Notes under the pieces: model-generated
Databases searched by the model: none
What the model saw: only the letters and a program-made list of their open reading frames with translations
Told to the model about the DNA's origin: nothing
Position numbers and translations under genes: made by a program
Assembly (NCBI GenBank): GCA_964016885.1
Contig: OZ024740.1
Coordinates: forward strand, 95,604,001 to 95,668,000
Direction of reading: 5' to 3'
DNA length: 64,000 nt
From: Eledone cirrhosa
Taxonomy: Eukaryota
Shown here: in pieces, positions 1-12,861 of the stretch
How positions within the stretch are numbered: position 1 is the first letter of the stretch
Layout of the letters: every line of letters starts with the position of its first letter

Positions 1-263
1 TGATGAGTCATGGATCTTCGAGTATGACCCGGACGGGACCCGTTTTGAAGACGTGGACAACATCAAAAAGTCGTGACGACGGAACTGCGGAGGATCCCGG
101 AAGAATCCTTCCGGGAGTGCATGTAAGCGTGGCAGAAAAGAATGGAAAAGTGCATTAGACTCCAGGGTGAATAATTTGAAGGACAACACACTTAGTGTGA
201 AATTTGGGTTCGAAATAAATCTTTTGTGACATCAGTCCTGGAACTTTTCTGACACACCTGGGA
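1..263 (+). mobile_element. Internally deleted mariner transposon, 3' part with right terminal region
   Basis: Translates as DESWIFEYDP joined directly to GTRFEDVDNIKK..VTTELRRIPEESFRECM*AWQKRMEKCIRLQGE*FEG. These are the mariner first catalytic Asp motif and C-terminus, with stops and a frameshift. A TIR-like end (CAGTCCTGGAACTTTTCTGACACACCTGGGA-TA) follows. Confidence 0.85.
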
Positions 264-1564
264 TATATATATTTTTTTAAATAGGGAAAATCTGTATAAT
301 CGGTTACAGAAAATTACTCTCTGAAAACCTATATTGATTCTCGACAAAAAGTGTATGTAATTCTTATTAGACTCTTAACTCTAGGAGGTAATTAACATCT
401 ATACATATGTTAGAATAGTGAGAATAAATTAGAGAGAAATATATTCATATAAGAATTAGTCTTCCTTTTTTGTTACTCTTTTAAAGCATATTGTGTAAAT
501 TATATGTTCTAATTTACATTACCATTCCGTGTCTCAAAGTGCATTAAAAGGCATTCATTCATTGTTAACCTCAGTGTAAGTCCATGTTATATTTAATGAA
601 CGTTATGATTCCTTTCTACATGAGATTATCATTTAAGTCACCGGCTATCATTATGCCTAGATCATTGTTTCATTACCATATTGAATACGCAAATATTATG
701 AAGAAATATTAGAGTTGATTTCCGATTAAATTATAAAAAACATTAGAGGAAATCAAATATGTCCCGTAAAACGACGCACATGTTCATATTAGATAAGGTT
801 TTCAAAGCTACATAGTATAGATCTGACATTCGTTTGCCATTACACTTTTAATGTAAAGAAAATCTTAGTGTAACAAAAGGAAATATAAAAATACGATGAT
901 CCGATGACCTAATCAGATATTTGTAAAATCATGATGTAGCTAGTTATTTAAAATCAATTGTACTGGGTTCATTAATACATTTCATGTTCATATATACAAT
1001 GCTGTTTATTTGATCAATTTTGTCAGCGGATATGCTCTATATTGCGAAGGAAGGCAATCGACTTTGATGTACTCTATGAATTATTTAATTCATAAAACTT
1101 ATATTGTATATTTGAATAAAAATTAGTTGAATTTTATCAAGGTCATTTTGAGAGTTACATTCATACATTGACTGATTTTTACATGACTAAATAGTACAAA
1201 TTATGTAATTCTAATATAAAATAGGAAGAACAATTAGCATATATTTCATTGTATTTTCAGTAATGTTGTTCAAACATATGTAACACTGCTGAGGAAATAA
1301 TTGTTATAAGAATATGAATATTAAATGTCCATTAGGAATAATTGACGTACTATATCATTGATCAATTATATCATACCTGATGTAAATAAAATGGTCGATG
1401 ACATCAAATACAACAACCGCATGCCGTCGCTCATCTGGATATAGTTACCAGACAAATGACCTATCAAGTCATGATGTGGCATCTCAGATAAATAATTCTT
1501 AATAAGGTACAGAGCAGACAATTCTAAGAGGAAGGCAAACTTGAATAAAGTGATTCCTGTTCAT

Positions 1565-1672
1565 TATTGGCTCTTTACTTTATCGACTCCGTAAAGATGA
1601 AAGGTAAAACTAATCTCACCAGTTTTGAACACAGAACGTAAAGGGCCGTACTGATTCATTCCTAACGATATT
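1565..1672 (-). mobile_element. Degenerate tRNA-derived SINE fragment, same family as 10284-10466
   Basis: Reverse complement TTCTGTGTTCAAAACTGGTG...CCTTTCATCTTTACGGAGTCGATAAAGTAAAG aligns by eye with TTCTGAGTTCAAATCGCGCC...CCTTTCATCCTTACGATGTCGATACAATAAAG at 10351-10415. Ends approximate. Confidence 0.65.
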
Positions 1673-2311
1673 GAAAGACAAACTTGACAATTAATACGTG
1701 AGAAGAACGAGCTAGAATCAATGTGACATTAATATTTGGTTCATACGTATGATCGTCAAGAATTATATGGTGGTTGTATCGTAAATGCAAACAAAGGAGG
1801 TACATCGGTAGCGGAAAATATTTTAGTTATTGTATTATTGAAAATATTTTCATTATTGTATCGTCATATTGAAGCATACATTATCCTCCTAGTTTACCAC
1901 ACAAAAATAACCCAGAGTCCAAAAATACACATTTAAGCTGATACAGCAGGTTCGTGTTTCGTGAATAATCTGCTGGTCACCGATAATATACATATAACCA
2001 GCAAATGCTGGACATATAAATATGTTATAATTCTGCAGTCAAAATAGTCGACGGCTAACCTAACGTGTACACACATATCAAATTCCGCTCCTTGTTTCTA
2101 ATCACAAGTTTATTCCTATATTTCCAGCTATGAAATAACAACAACTGTAACTGGTTTGTTGGTGTTATTATTGGATATCTGCACGGAAGGTACCAAAGTT
2201 TGGGTTCGATTTCGCAGGAAATAGCTCATTTGTGTCTGTTAAACTTGCACATATGTCCTATTAATTAAAGTGTTTGTATACAGTAATGAATCTGCTAACG
2301 TTCTCATGTAT

Positions 2312-2391
2312 TTCTTCTTCTTCTTCTTCTTCTTCTTCTTCTTCTTCTTCTTCTTCTTCTTCTTCTGCTTCTTCTGCTTCTTCTTCTTCTT
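2312..2391. repeat. (TTC)n microsatellite, probably the (GAA)n 3' tail of the adjacent LINE
   Basis: Direct reading; it abuts the 3' end of the minus-strand LINE remnant. Confidence 0.9.
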
Positions 2392-3715
2392 AGCCCAATT
2401 ATTCTTGATTGTCAAGGGAGCCGAGTCCTAGCTGGTCCCGTCAGTAGCGGCCATCTGTAACTGATCTGACTGGATTCCAAACGAGTTCATCCAAGCCGAA
2501 GGATATTATCCGACCATCTTACTTGTGGTCTACGGCAGAGTCCCCCCCCCCCCCGCTTGGTTTTGCCCATAATACCTGTTCATTGATATTTTGCTGACGC
2601 ATTCTAATCGCATGCTTATAGTACCGGAAATGTGAACTCTCTCGTTGGAGAAGTAGCGGCTCTAACATCAGTGCCTTTCTGAGTTACGCAATCTAACCAG
2701 TGACGTTACTAAAAAGACACTTTGGAGGAACCCAATTTCGGCCTATTCGTTCTCGCATTCTTTGCATCATTACCCTAGATCCATGTAATGGTTGGCCCGA
2801 ATTCTGAAACGAAGACGGCATCTTTAGAGTTTACGCCTACCTTTTCTTCTGATTATGGATTCTGCAGCTAGTACATTACTAAAGTAGCTCCTTCCATTGT
2901 TGTATTTAATTCAGCCGTAGCTTTGCATGATTCGTGGACATGCGGCCCCGAGATACTTGAAGCTCTCTACCTGCTTCAGTGTAATTCCCTTTACATGTAG
3001 AGTGCACTACGCAGATTTCCTTGGGTGGTCGAGTGACTCAATGTTTACAACACTGATTTTCATTACAGCTATAGAGCATGGCATCAAACATAAGAACGCG
3101 GTCATATGCCTTTTCAAGATCAACAAATAAGAATATTGCTATTGGCAATACGTCTACGATTTCTCGTAGACCTGCTGCAGTGTGTATTATTTGTCAGTTG
3201 TGCTGCGCCATCGATGAAAATCATACTCATTTTTAGCTTGCTTGGATTCGACGATCTCCCTGAATCTCGTTGCCGAACGCTTGGCATTGATGTTACCGGG
3301 GATGCTTAAGAAGGAAATCACTATACATTTGGAACAATTGCTCTTGTCTATCATTTTGAAAATTGCGATTATCACTCTCAGAGAATATCTTGTCTGTCTA
3401 GGTCTTTAACATTTCATATATAAGTCCCCGCTCCTAAGTGTATATCAGATGATGAAGTTATGATCGGATTTGGGAAATTAGTAATGTGACCTCTCCGTTT
3501 CGCACGGGTGCACCTCTCTGAATATAGAACCAAAGATAGCAGGTGTGGAGAAGGGCTTGTTATTTCGATTTCAGTGGATGGTCTGCTTGGACATTTTATT
3601 TGCTGATCTGAAGTTGCATTCCATCTTAATCTAAAAAGCCTTCTATATCTTAACCTTGGACGTCTTTACTGTCTCAGATGCGATTCTTCATGGTTGTTTG
3701 AAGAAGGACATATTT
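2392..3715 (-). mobile_element. Decayed RTE-like non-LTR retrotransposon (RT C-terminal remnants)
   Basis: Minus strand gives VESFKYLG at about 2945-2972 and R-PQVRW at about 2510-2535, both typical of RTE-clade ORF2, followed by a short tandem-repeat tail. Many stops; the 5' boundary is uncertain. Confidence 0.65.
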
Positions 3716-4409
3716 CTAAGCCAAGATGGGTAAAACTACTTCTACTATTGATTGAGCCATGGGGGTTTCCTGAAACGCGGCGCTACACCCAGCCAGTCCA
3801 AATTTGACGCTGTAAAACCTGGTGATGGGACTGACACATCTCCTTGATGGAATCGGAGTGACGCACAATGAATGCGTATCCGGAGACCCCAATGAAGATA
3901 TCGAAGGGAGCAAACCTTAACAGTTGTAACCTTGAAAATCACATCCCTTAGATGTAAGGGTCAAACATTTGTGGAGGAGCCTAGAAGCTACCTATATATA
4001 TATATATAGTCAGGCTTTCGTCAACAACATTCTGAAACTTCTAACATTCTCATATATTTCAATTTTCACTGATCGTTTCTGAACTCACGCTCGGTATGTA
4101 TGTACATGTCTGCGCAGTGTTTTGAGGGCATTTGCATGAATTGAATAAAATGCTAAAGTCAAATGATATGTGCCTTCCGATATAACTGATCATACACACC
4201 AGCGGCAAAAAGCCATGTTGGCGGAACCTCTAAGTCCGTTACACTCATTTTGCACACTAGAATTATTTTATGTGTAGTGTAAATTCAACATTAGTATGTT
4301 CTAATTTTTTTTTTTGTTTCTATATTGCACATAAATTTATTAGGCAAACGGAATAAATAATATTCTGTTTGGATTAGCACAATGGGATTGAGGCGTTAAT
4401 ATATGAATA

Positions 4410-5870
4410 CAACAACTACAAAGGAACGTTTTGGGGCCCACCTACAGCCCCGGCAGGACAGACTGGAGAAGGAGTTTCCCCGAAGACGGCAAAGGAGACG
4501 CGCTGAAAAAGCCACTCCAACTCGCGGGGCTGACACCTGCAGCTGGCCAGTTCAGCGCCTATGGTGGTGAGTAAGGCGCTAGCACCTGGGCCGAGGACAC
4601 CAGACGTCTCCACTGCCAAGGGTACGACCGCAAAACTGTCGGAGAGCGACCGGTATTTCAGGAGTTTGACCCCCTCAGCCCGACGTGCAGCAGAACGTAG
4701 GTCAGTCGCCGAGTGCACCAGGTTGAGGCTGCAGAAAGTGTCGGTGCAAGTGGCATCCCAGACGCGGAGTTTCCCACCGCGGAACGGGAGGATGGTCATG
4801 CCATCTGGCCTTTTGCCGACACCTCGATCCAGCCCCACCGGCTCGAGCTGGGAAGGGAAGCCTGCAGCGTCCAAGCCTTGCTTAATGACCTCGTTGAGGG
4901 CAGCATGACATGGCGTGGAATGCGGCCGGCATTGTGGCGAACGGAAAGCGGGTGGAGGCCGAAAGAGTCCAGGGTGGAACCGCAGCGACATTGGTGTGGC
5001 TGGCAGATCCGAAGGACTAGCCTCAGGGAAACGCCGATGCGCAGACTATGGTTGTGTAGTTGCCTGCCAGTGGAGAAGGAGGGCAGGGCATGGAGCCATG
5101 CACCACTGTGGGGTTTGGGGGCCGCTCGAAAATAAGCAAGGCGGTGCCGGTCAAGCTGGTGCTTGAGTCTGTCTGAGTCCAGGCTGCACTGGAGTGCATC
5201 CTGAGAGTGTTGGGGGACTTGAATTCAACAGGGAAGAAGGAGGAATGACGTCTACTGGGCTAAGTCCCGCCTGTCCCACGTCTCACAGGCGGCCTCACTT
5301 TCTCTGAACACAGAGGGTTCTGTTGTGTTTTGAAGAACCCCGCTGCCGAGGACGCGGCCCGAGGATACCGATGAATGATACGCCGGCAAAGATAACGAGA
5401 TCGGGGACGGCAGGCCAAGGCCGCCATACCTGACAGGTAAAGTGGCCTGTTACCACCCTATGTCGTCAAACCTGACGTCATATATCTCCTTGGCTGCTGC
5501 TCGGATACAAGTATCGAGGTCAGCGAGGAGAGGTGTCCGGGTGCAGCACGGAGCGCTGCGGGGTGTATAGAGGAGCTTCGGCATGGCGAAGCAGTACCTC
5601 AGCAGAAATAGAGCTGGGTGGCCGTCAATCAAGCCCAGTCGGCACGTGAGAGTCTGGAGTTGTTGAAGCCTGGACCTGATGGTGGAGCAGATGGCAGGCG
5701 GCGGGATCAGTGACCCGAGGATGAGGACATCTTCTTTGGAGGTCACCTGACCTGGCGGAGAATGAACCGCACGTCCAAGACGGAGGCTACAAAGCTCGCA
5801 GAATCGAGGCTGATATTGACCACCTCCGACGTGGCCGAGTCGACCCGGAGACGGATCCCGACAGGGCAGT
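4410..5870 (-). mobile_element. 5'-truncated CRE-like non-LTR retrotransposon with restriction-like endonuclease (pseudogene)
   Basis: GC-rich island. RT thumb LGS...ALFLLRYCFAMPKLLY..RSAP (5450-5746). Zinc-knuckle remnant PHQCRCGSTLDSFGLHPLS (about 4940-5000). RLE motifs H-ALNEVI...EP.GL...KRPDG...WDAT...AE..K..KY...PLAVETSG..G...LFQRVS.AV (4416-4910). Frameshifted. Confidence 0.88.
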
Positions 5871-6688
5871 AATCACTGTTCAATAAAAGCATTTAGGAAA
5901 ATGAAACAAATCCATCTGACATAAATTATTTATATTATATTTTGAAGGCAAATATTTGCCTCCAAAAACCAACACAATGGGTAAATATACATTTCGCTCG
6001 TAAAATTTGCTATATGTGAAGTAAGCTTTGGCGTGTAATAGTATGTTCATAAAATATAGTGTCTTCCGTAAAATATCAAATGTGGTGATATATAACTGGT
6101 TTGCAAATTGAGATATGAATAAATAATTTTTGAAACATAGACACTGTAATTTCTTTCTGTATATTTGGAACTTTCACTTTTCTTTTTTATTAGTTTTTGT
6201 TTGGTTTTGTGTAGTCAATATTTACTAAATATAAACAATTATTTAAAGTTTCATATTCTTATCCAGACAAGAAGAAAGATGAAGAGAAGTATTCGATAAT
6301 TTGTCAGTTAATAAGAGGGTGCCAATATTTATGTTTCCATACATCATTTCTTCTTTTGGAAAGTTGATTGAATTTAAAATGAATAACTAGATAAGACAAC
6401 ATAAATACACACATATTTAATATATAATTTATTTACAGTAGAGGTTTGCTTAGTCAATATATTGATTTCACGATTTACTTTGATGCATGTATTATTTATT
6501 TTGCCCACATTGATATTTTAATTTAATTCAACTTAGTGTAGCATGAAGCCTGTTATATATATTTCCAAGGTATGGTCATTTATTTATCTGAATCTATTAG
6601 ATGAAATAGATGAGAAAATTAGTAGAACCAATTTTGTTAATTATCATTTCTTCATGTGTTACACATGCAATGAATAACATAAAGCTGA

Positions 6689-6708
6689 CTGAGTATCACT
6701 CTCTGTCT

Positions 6709-6750
<42 letters not shown>

Positions 6751-6780
6751 TTATATAAAGAGACATAGAGAGATACTCAG
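6689..6780. repeat. Short inverted repeat enclosing a (TA)n tract
   Basis: CTGAGTATCACTCTCTGTCTCTTTATATA ... TATATAAAGAGACATAGAGAGATACTCAG; arms of about 28 bp with 2 mismatches. Confidence 0.8.
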
Positions 6781-6959
6781 GAGATTCCAACCAGAATGGT
6801 TGCATTTTTTAAGGCTATGTCAATATTTATTTATAAAACTAACGTATATTATATTTTATCTAATGAAAGCGCACCATAGTTTGCTCTGGTGGCCCGTGAA
6901 ATATGTATAATGAAATAAATATGGTTTTATAAATATAGTTTCCATTTGTTAATATATTG

Positions 6960-6960
6960 T

Positions 6961-7001
<41 letters not shown>

Positions 7002-7045
7002 CGCGCGTGTGTGTGTGTGTGTGTATCTGTGTGTGTATGTGTGTG
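6960..7045. repeat. Compound (TA)n(TG)n microsatellite
   Basis: Direct reading. Confidence 0.9.
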
Positions 7046-9261
7046 TTCTGTAGAGATTGTTGTATAGGAGAAAGCTCTCAACATTCGTGGCCTGTAGTTA
7101 CGATGGAGATTCAGTATAATAATAACATTAATAAAGATGCTGATGTTACATAAAGCATGTATTCATTATAATTATTTCATAGGTTCTCCCATGCAATCAA
7201 TATATATTTCATGCCATTGTGTTGTAATAAGAACTCTATCCTTAGATGAAATTCTATTTTGTGATATGCCACCGGCAGGAAAAACACACGTCATTTTGCT
7301 CAGGTGTCAAGCAGACATGATTTCCTGAAAGGGTCTCCTGGCTATCGTGTTTACTGGAGTAAAGTGCTATTCACGTGGATATTAGCGAAATCAGGGTTAA
7401 CGCTTCCCCCCGGAATTGGAGTCGTAGATCAGTAAAGGTCTGTTGTGCTGATCTGTATCAAACGACAGTCTATACGTAGGCATAATCAAGTAGCTAGTGG
7501 AAGCAATAACATAAACTCTGAGGGAGGGTGAGGTTTATATTTTGTTGACAGCCACATTCAAGAGAAGAGTTGCTGTGACAACAACAGCAACAGCAACAGC
7601 AACGCTAACAACAGCAAACACCGACGAACGTCTCCTACACTGGCCGTTATAGTCGTAGTGATAGTGATACCCAGCCAAATGTATGCATTAATTTAGGCAA
7701 ATCCTTTTACAAAAAGCAGTCTGGAAGTCTAACTAACGATTCTGTATGTTAACACACAAGAGTATGAGATATTCGTTTTCTTTAAATGATCTTTCATTTT
7801 GCTGAGTTTCACTTCATAGTTGATGACCACTCAGTCATCATCACATTATATATTTTCTAAAATTATTTTTTAAGAAATGTTACGAATGGTATTAAAATTG
7901 ACAACAGTAATTTGGGGAGATGTATATTTTCGTAATTGATTGGATGCGCTTTAATGAAGAGGGGACAACACATCTTTCCTAATTTCTCCATCGGGTCAAC
8001 TCATGTAAATATCATTATATTTTAAAATACATGATCACCGAGTTTGATGTCATGAATAGGAAATATATAGAGTACTTTCCCAAGAGAATGTTCTACGTAA
8101 ATCTTTGATTAATGCTTTGGTTTTTAAATGTTTATTTCGCTGCATTTTGTTAACGTACATACTAAAACACAATGCGATTAAATTTGCGAAGTGAGCTTGA
8201 TATAAACGTCTAAGATGTAATTTAGTCATGTCTAAAATGCTTAAATAATATCATTTAGCATCATCTGAAAGTGTCGGCAATCCAAGAAGATGTCAGAATC
8301 TGCATATAATTGAGTGTTTTTGTTGTGTTTACCTTTTTCACATAATATATAGGTCTATGTTGTGAACATATCCCGTGATCTGGTATGATTGCTATTTAAA
8401 TGTCGAATTTCTACAATATTTCTTATCCACTTTTCTTGGTTATATCTATATCAATTATTAACCAGTTATTGCACGTGTCCTCTGAAAGTGTACATCTAGT
8501 TCATGTATGTTCAAATTATAATCATTGCATGAAGCATATTTTCATTATCCAATACATTTTAGTATAAATTCCTACATGGTCCCCAGATATATTGTCAACA
8601 ACTTTCATTTAGTGGAAGGCTGGATTCCAATGCTAACGTAAAATAATGAATTATCTCATAATATCTGAGATAACTGGAATGCTACTTCTCAAGCTGCGGC
8701 CTTTAATTATATTTAAGCTATCAGTTCTAGTGGATTAGCTTCATATAATGGCAAATAGACTGAATGGTTGGAATAAGGATACCAGATTTTTCTTCACAAT
8801 GCTTCACTTAATGTGTTGCCTTTGGGAAATCGACTGATGCTACACGTGCTAGAATAATAATTTCTTATCATGGAGAAAGAGATATTTTCTTTCTGAAAGA
8901 GAAGATACCAATTTCTGCAGTCGTTTAGCTGTGAAGGATCCGTTATTCCGTTGCTTTTTGCAAGTAATTAATTCAACAATTCATGTGCGCATTAAAAACA
9001 GCATGGCTATAAAATCTACTCTATATGTTTCAATTTTAATGTCAATTCTACTGTGCATTATTTAGGTCAAGGAGGTATAACAGTGTCCGTACATTAAGAA
9101 TATAATCTGACACTGTAATCGACATTCACATAATCAAAAATATTCAGAGTAAGCCAGAATGACGATAACAATTTCATTTTCATTAATTGTGTAGAAGACC
9201 CAGAATAATAATCGCAAGTGTGCTTAAATGGAAACAAAACTAAACAAATAAACTAAAGTGT

Positions 9262-9277
9262 ATTTATATGTATATAA

Positions 9278-9354
<77 letters not shown>
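9262..9354. repeat. (TA)n microsatellite
   Basis: Direct reading. Confidence 0.95.
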
Positions 9355-9359
<5 letters not shown>

Positions 9360-9491
9360 GGAAGCAGGAAAATGCTTATTGTCACCAAGTTCGTGGTTAA
9401 GAAAGCCAGTTTCATGGACGGTTTCAACGTACGGTTAGGAGTAACTCCACAAGTTTGTAAGAATTCCGTTCAATCTTGGAGTATAAAGTAT

Positions 9492-10235
9492 AAAAGAGAA
9501 AACACAGATAAGCATTAAGAAAATGATTTTATCCAGGTATTTACGCCTATTTCATTGGTAAGTGCAACCTTATATTGCTATACTGCAAATAGCAGCCACT
9601 CAATGATAATTTTTGTTCACGTCCAAATTTTCAAAATAATGAGTAAGTTACTCTTAAAAAAGTTCTTAATATATAGAGAAAAACATTTTTTAAAATTGTA
9701 TTTACTAGTATAGAGAGAGAGGAAGAGGAATTAGAAAGTGGGGACAAACAGTATAGTATAGAGAGATAGAAAGGGGGATGAGAGTTAGGAAGTAGAGTGA
9801 TACACTTTTAGAGGTGGAAGGATTCATTGATCACTTTTGATACGTAGACTTCATTTCGTCGATTTAGATTGTAGTGTGTTAAAGAGAATTAAATTGTTTA
9901 TAGGGCGAGGGATGGAGAGAAAGAGAGGGGAGATATAGAGAGATAAATATATATATATAAACATAAAAATAAAAATAAGGAAGGGGGGCAGAAAGAAGAA
10001 GAGAAAATATAGCCAAAAAGGGGAGAGAAGAAAGGAAGAAAACGAAAAGAAATAGAAAAGGAATGAAGGAGAATGGAGGGATATAAGTATTGTTTTTTGT
10101 GGGTAATTGAAGGGGTTAGATACAATGAGAGGGTATAAAGTCTAAGTATATGCAGTTTGTCAGGTGGTAGTAAGAGGTTAACGGTTCGATTTGCACTTGT
10201 AGTGCGAAAACATTTCAAGCCCGTTGTTATACACA
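9492..10235 (-). mobile_element. Inverted copy of the 3' end of old PLE family B
   Basis: Diverged reverse complement of 10670-10942 plus 11220-11683. For example GATTTGCACTTGTAGTGCGAAAA (10188) mirrors TTTTCGCACTACAAGTGCAAATC (10689), and CATTGGTAAGTGCA (9554) mirrors TGCACTTACCAATG (11613). Confidence 0.75.
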
Positions 10236-10283
10236 CTGTTACGCAATGAAACATTCCCAACATCATTATGTAACTACCCTTGC

Positions 10284-10466
10284 GGTGGATTGGAATTATC
10301 GGTAGAGGGTCGGACGCCATGCTTTGACGCATAGAGTTAGGCCCTTTCAATTCTGAGTTCAAATCGCGCCGTGGCTAACTTCGCCTTTCATCCTTACGAT
10401 GTCGATACAATAAAGTACCAGTAATACACTGTTGGATTGCTGGCCTTGTGCCAAAAGTAGAAACAG
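10284..10466 (+). mobile_element. tRNA-derived SINE with an 18-bp target-site duplication
   Basis: A-box-like TGGAATTATCGGT, B-box GAGTTCAAATC, central GCCTTTCATCCTTACGATGTCGATA..AAGTACCAG domain. Exact TSD TTATGTAACTACCCTTGC at 10266-10283 and 10467-10484. Confidence 0.9.
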
Positions 10467-10935
10467 TTATGTAACTACCCTTGCAAACAAGACCTGGCAA
10501 CTGAGGGAAACTAACCAGGAATACACCCTGAAGGTAAAACATTATCGAACGCGCCCCCATATCGGAGTGGTATGAGAAGCTGTCGATTATCTGACCTGGA
10601 GCTGTTCCACATTTTGAGTTCGAAGAATAAGTTACTCAACAATAAAATCGAAAGATCAATTTATTGTAACCATAGACTCAAAGAAATATTTTCGCACTAC
10701 AAGTGCAAATCGAATCCTTAACCTCTTACTACCACGTAAGAAACTGCATATACTTAGACTTTCTACCCTCTTATTGTATCTAACTACTTTAATTACCCAC
10801 AAAAAACAATACCTATATCGCTCCCTTCTCCTTCATTCCTTTTCTATTTCGTTTCGTTTTTCTTCCTTTCTTCTTTCCCCTTTTTGGGCTATATTTTCTC
10901 TTCTTCTTTATCCCCCTCTTCTTTATATTTATTTG

Positions 10936-10996
<61 letters not shown>

Positions 10997-11001
<5 letters not shown>

Positions 11002-11175
11002 AACAAATAAGACGCCGACGGCTGAGCTCAAGCCGTTTCGACGGCTCGTAGCCGTCGAAACGGCTTCAGCTCGGCCGTCGGGGTCTTACTTGTTCCTATT
11101 ACCCACTCTACTACCCTAAGTATTGAGTACTTTGGTGCGTTATGGTCCACCTGGTTCCTTACAACATTTCCTTCG

Positions 11176-11178
<3 letters not shown>
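10997..11178. mobile_element. Short insertion of about 180 bp in (TA)n, beginning with a 103-bp GC-rich hairpin
   Basis: Hairpin 10997-11099 has 50-bp arms, 4 mismatches and a CGT loop. It is flanked by (TA)n on both sides and absent from the homologous arm at about 9945-9960. Confidence 0.7.
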
Positions 11179-11223
<45 letters not shown>

Positions 11224-11679
11224 CCCCCTATCTCTCTCTCTCTCTCCCCATCCCTCCCACTATAAACAATTTAATTCTCTTAACTCACTGGAATCTAAAT
11301 CGACGAAATGAAGTCTACGTATCAAAACGGATCAAAGAATCATTCCACTTCTACCCCGCAAATCCATCTCAGTTCGTCACTCTACTTCCTAACTGTACTC
11401 CCCTTCCTCCTTCTCTATGCTATTATATTTGCCCCCCCATTTTCTAGTTCCTCTTCCTCTCTCTCTGTACTAGAAAATACAAATAAAAAAAAATGTTTTT
11501 CTCTAAATATTAACAACTTTTTTAAGAGTAACTTACTCACTATTTTGAAAATTTGGACGGGAACAAGAATTATCATTGAGTGGCTATTATTTGCAGTATA
11601 GCAATATAAGGGTGCACTTACCAATGAAACGGTCGTAAATACCTCGATAAAATCCTTTTCTTAATGCTTACGTGTTTTC

Positions 11680-12149
<470 letters not shown>

Positions 12150-12216
12150 AGCTTAGAGTTTAGACTCAGAGAGGTCATTTACAATCATTTCAGCTCTAGG
12201 AATTGCTTCTGAGCAG

Positions 12217-12733
12217 TATAAATTAATATTTGATGAACATTTACATGTTATAGTTGCAATTGACTAATTTTGTAATCCCATACAAACGGCTGTTATTTCT
12301 AGCACTATGTGTGGGACGTTAGAGGACTGGAATAAGCCGTGTGCAAAACCTCGTGTATTTTCGCTACGCTAACCAGACCTTAGATATTTTTCTAAGGTTG
12401 AGTTATTTTATTTTTATCTGGGTGCCTATTGATAAACACAGAAAAAGTTGATTAACTCACTGCTAATTAGTTAATTATTTTACTATGATACCATCCTTTG
12501 TGAAACATGTTTGAAGTTTGAAGTTCTGACCGATCTGCGGAAAAAGTTTGTATTTTGAATTTTAAACGTGTCTAGGTACCAAGGCTTTTTGCCCAGATGA
12601 GTCTGAGTATTGATTTATTATTTTCTAGATCGTCCAGGCAGACCTTATGTTGTTGAATTAAGATTTTTCACTCTAGCGATCTTATTAGTCAATTGCAACT
12701 ATAACATGTAAATGTTCATCAACTATTAATTTA

Positions 12734-12735
<2 letters not shown>
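12217..12735. mobile_element. MITE-like element with 52-bp terminal inverted repeats
   Basis: TATAAATTAATATTTGATGAACATTTACATGTTATAGTTGCAATTGACTAAT (12217-12268) has its inverted copy at 12684-12735 with 1 mismatch. Non-coding interior; TA at both ends. Confidence 0.7.
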
Positions 12736-12807
<72 letters not shown>

Positions 12808-12821
12808 TATATATATATATT

Positions 12822-12856
<35 letters not shown>

Positions 12857-12861
12857 ATATA
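12736..12861. repeat. (TA)n microsatellite
   Basis: Direct reading. Confidence 0.95.

Noticed and set aside
4561-5166. Plus-strand ORFs at 4561, 4713 and 4915
   Set aside because: Antisense shadows of the GC-rich CRE-like ORF.
7570-7690. CAA/CAG-rich stretch ending in GTATG as a possible exon
   Set aside because: Low complexity, no recognisable peptide and no supporting neighbouring exons.
8590-9000. Moderately complex stretch that might be a decayed coding element
   Set aside because: The frames I translated contained stops and no motif I could identify.
9405-9460. Minus-strand GAAACCGTC resembling the 3' half of a hammerhead
   Set aside because: No CTGANGA box or consistent helices upstream.
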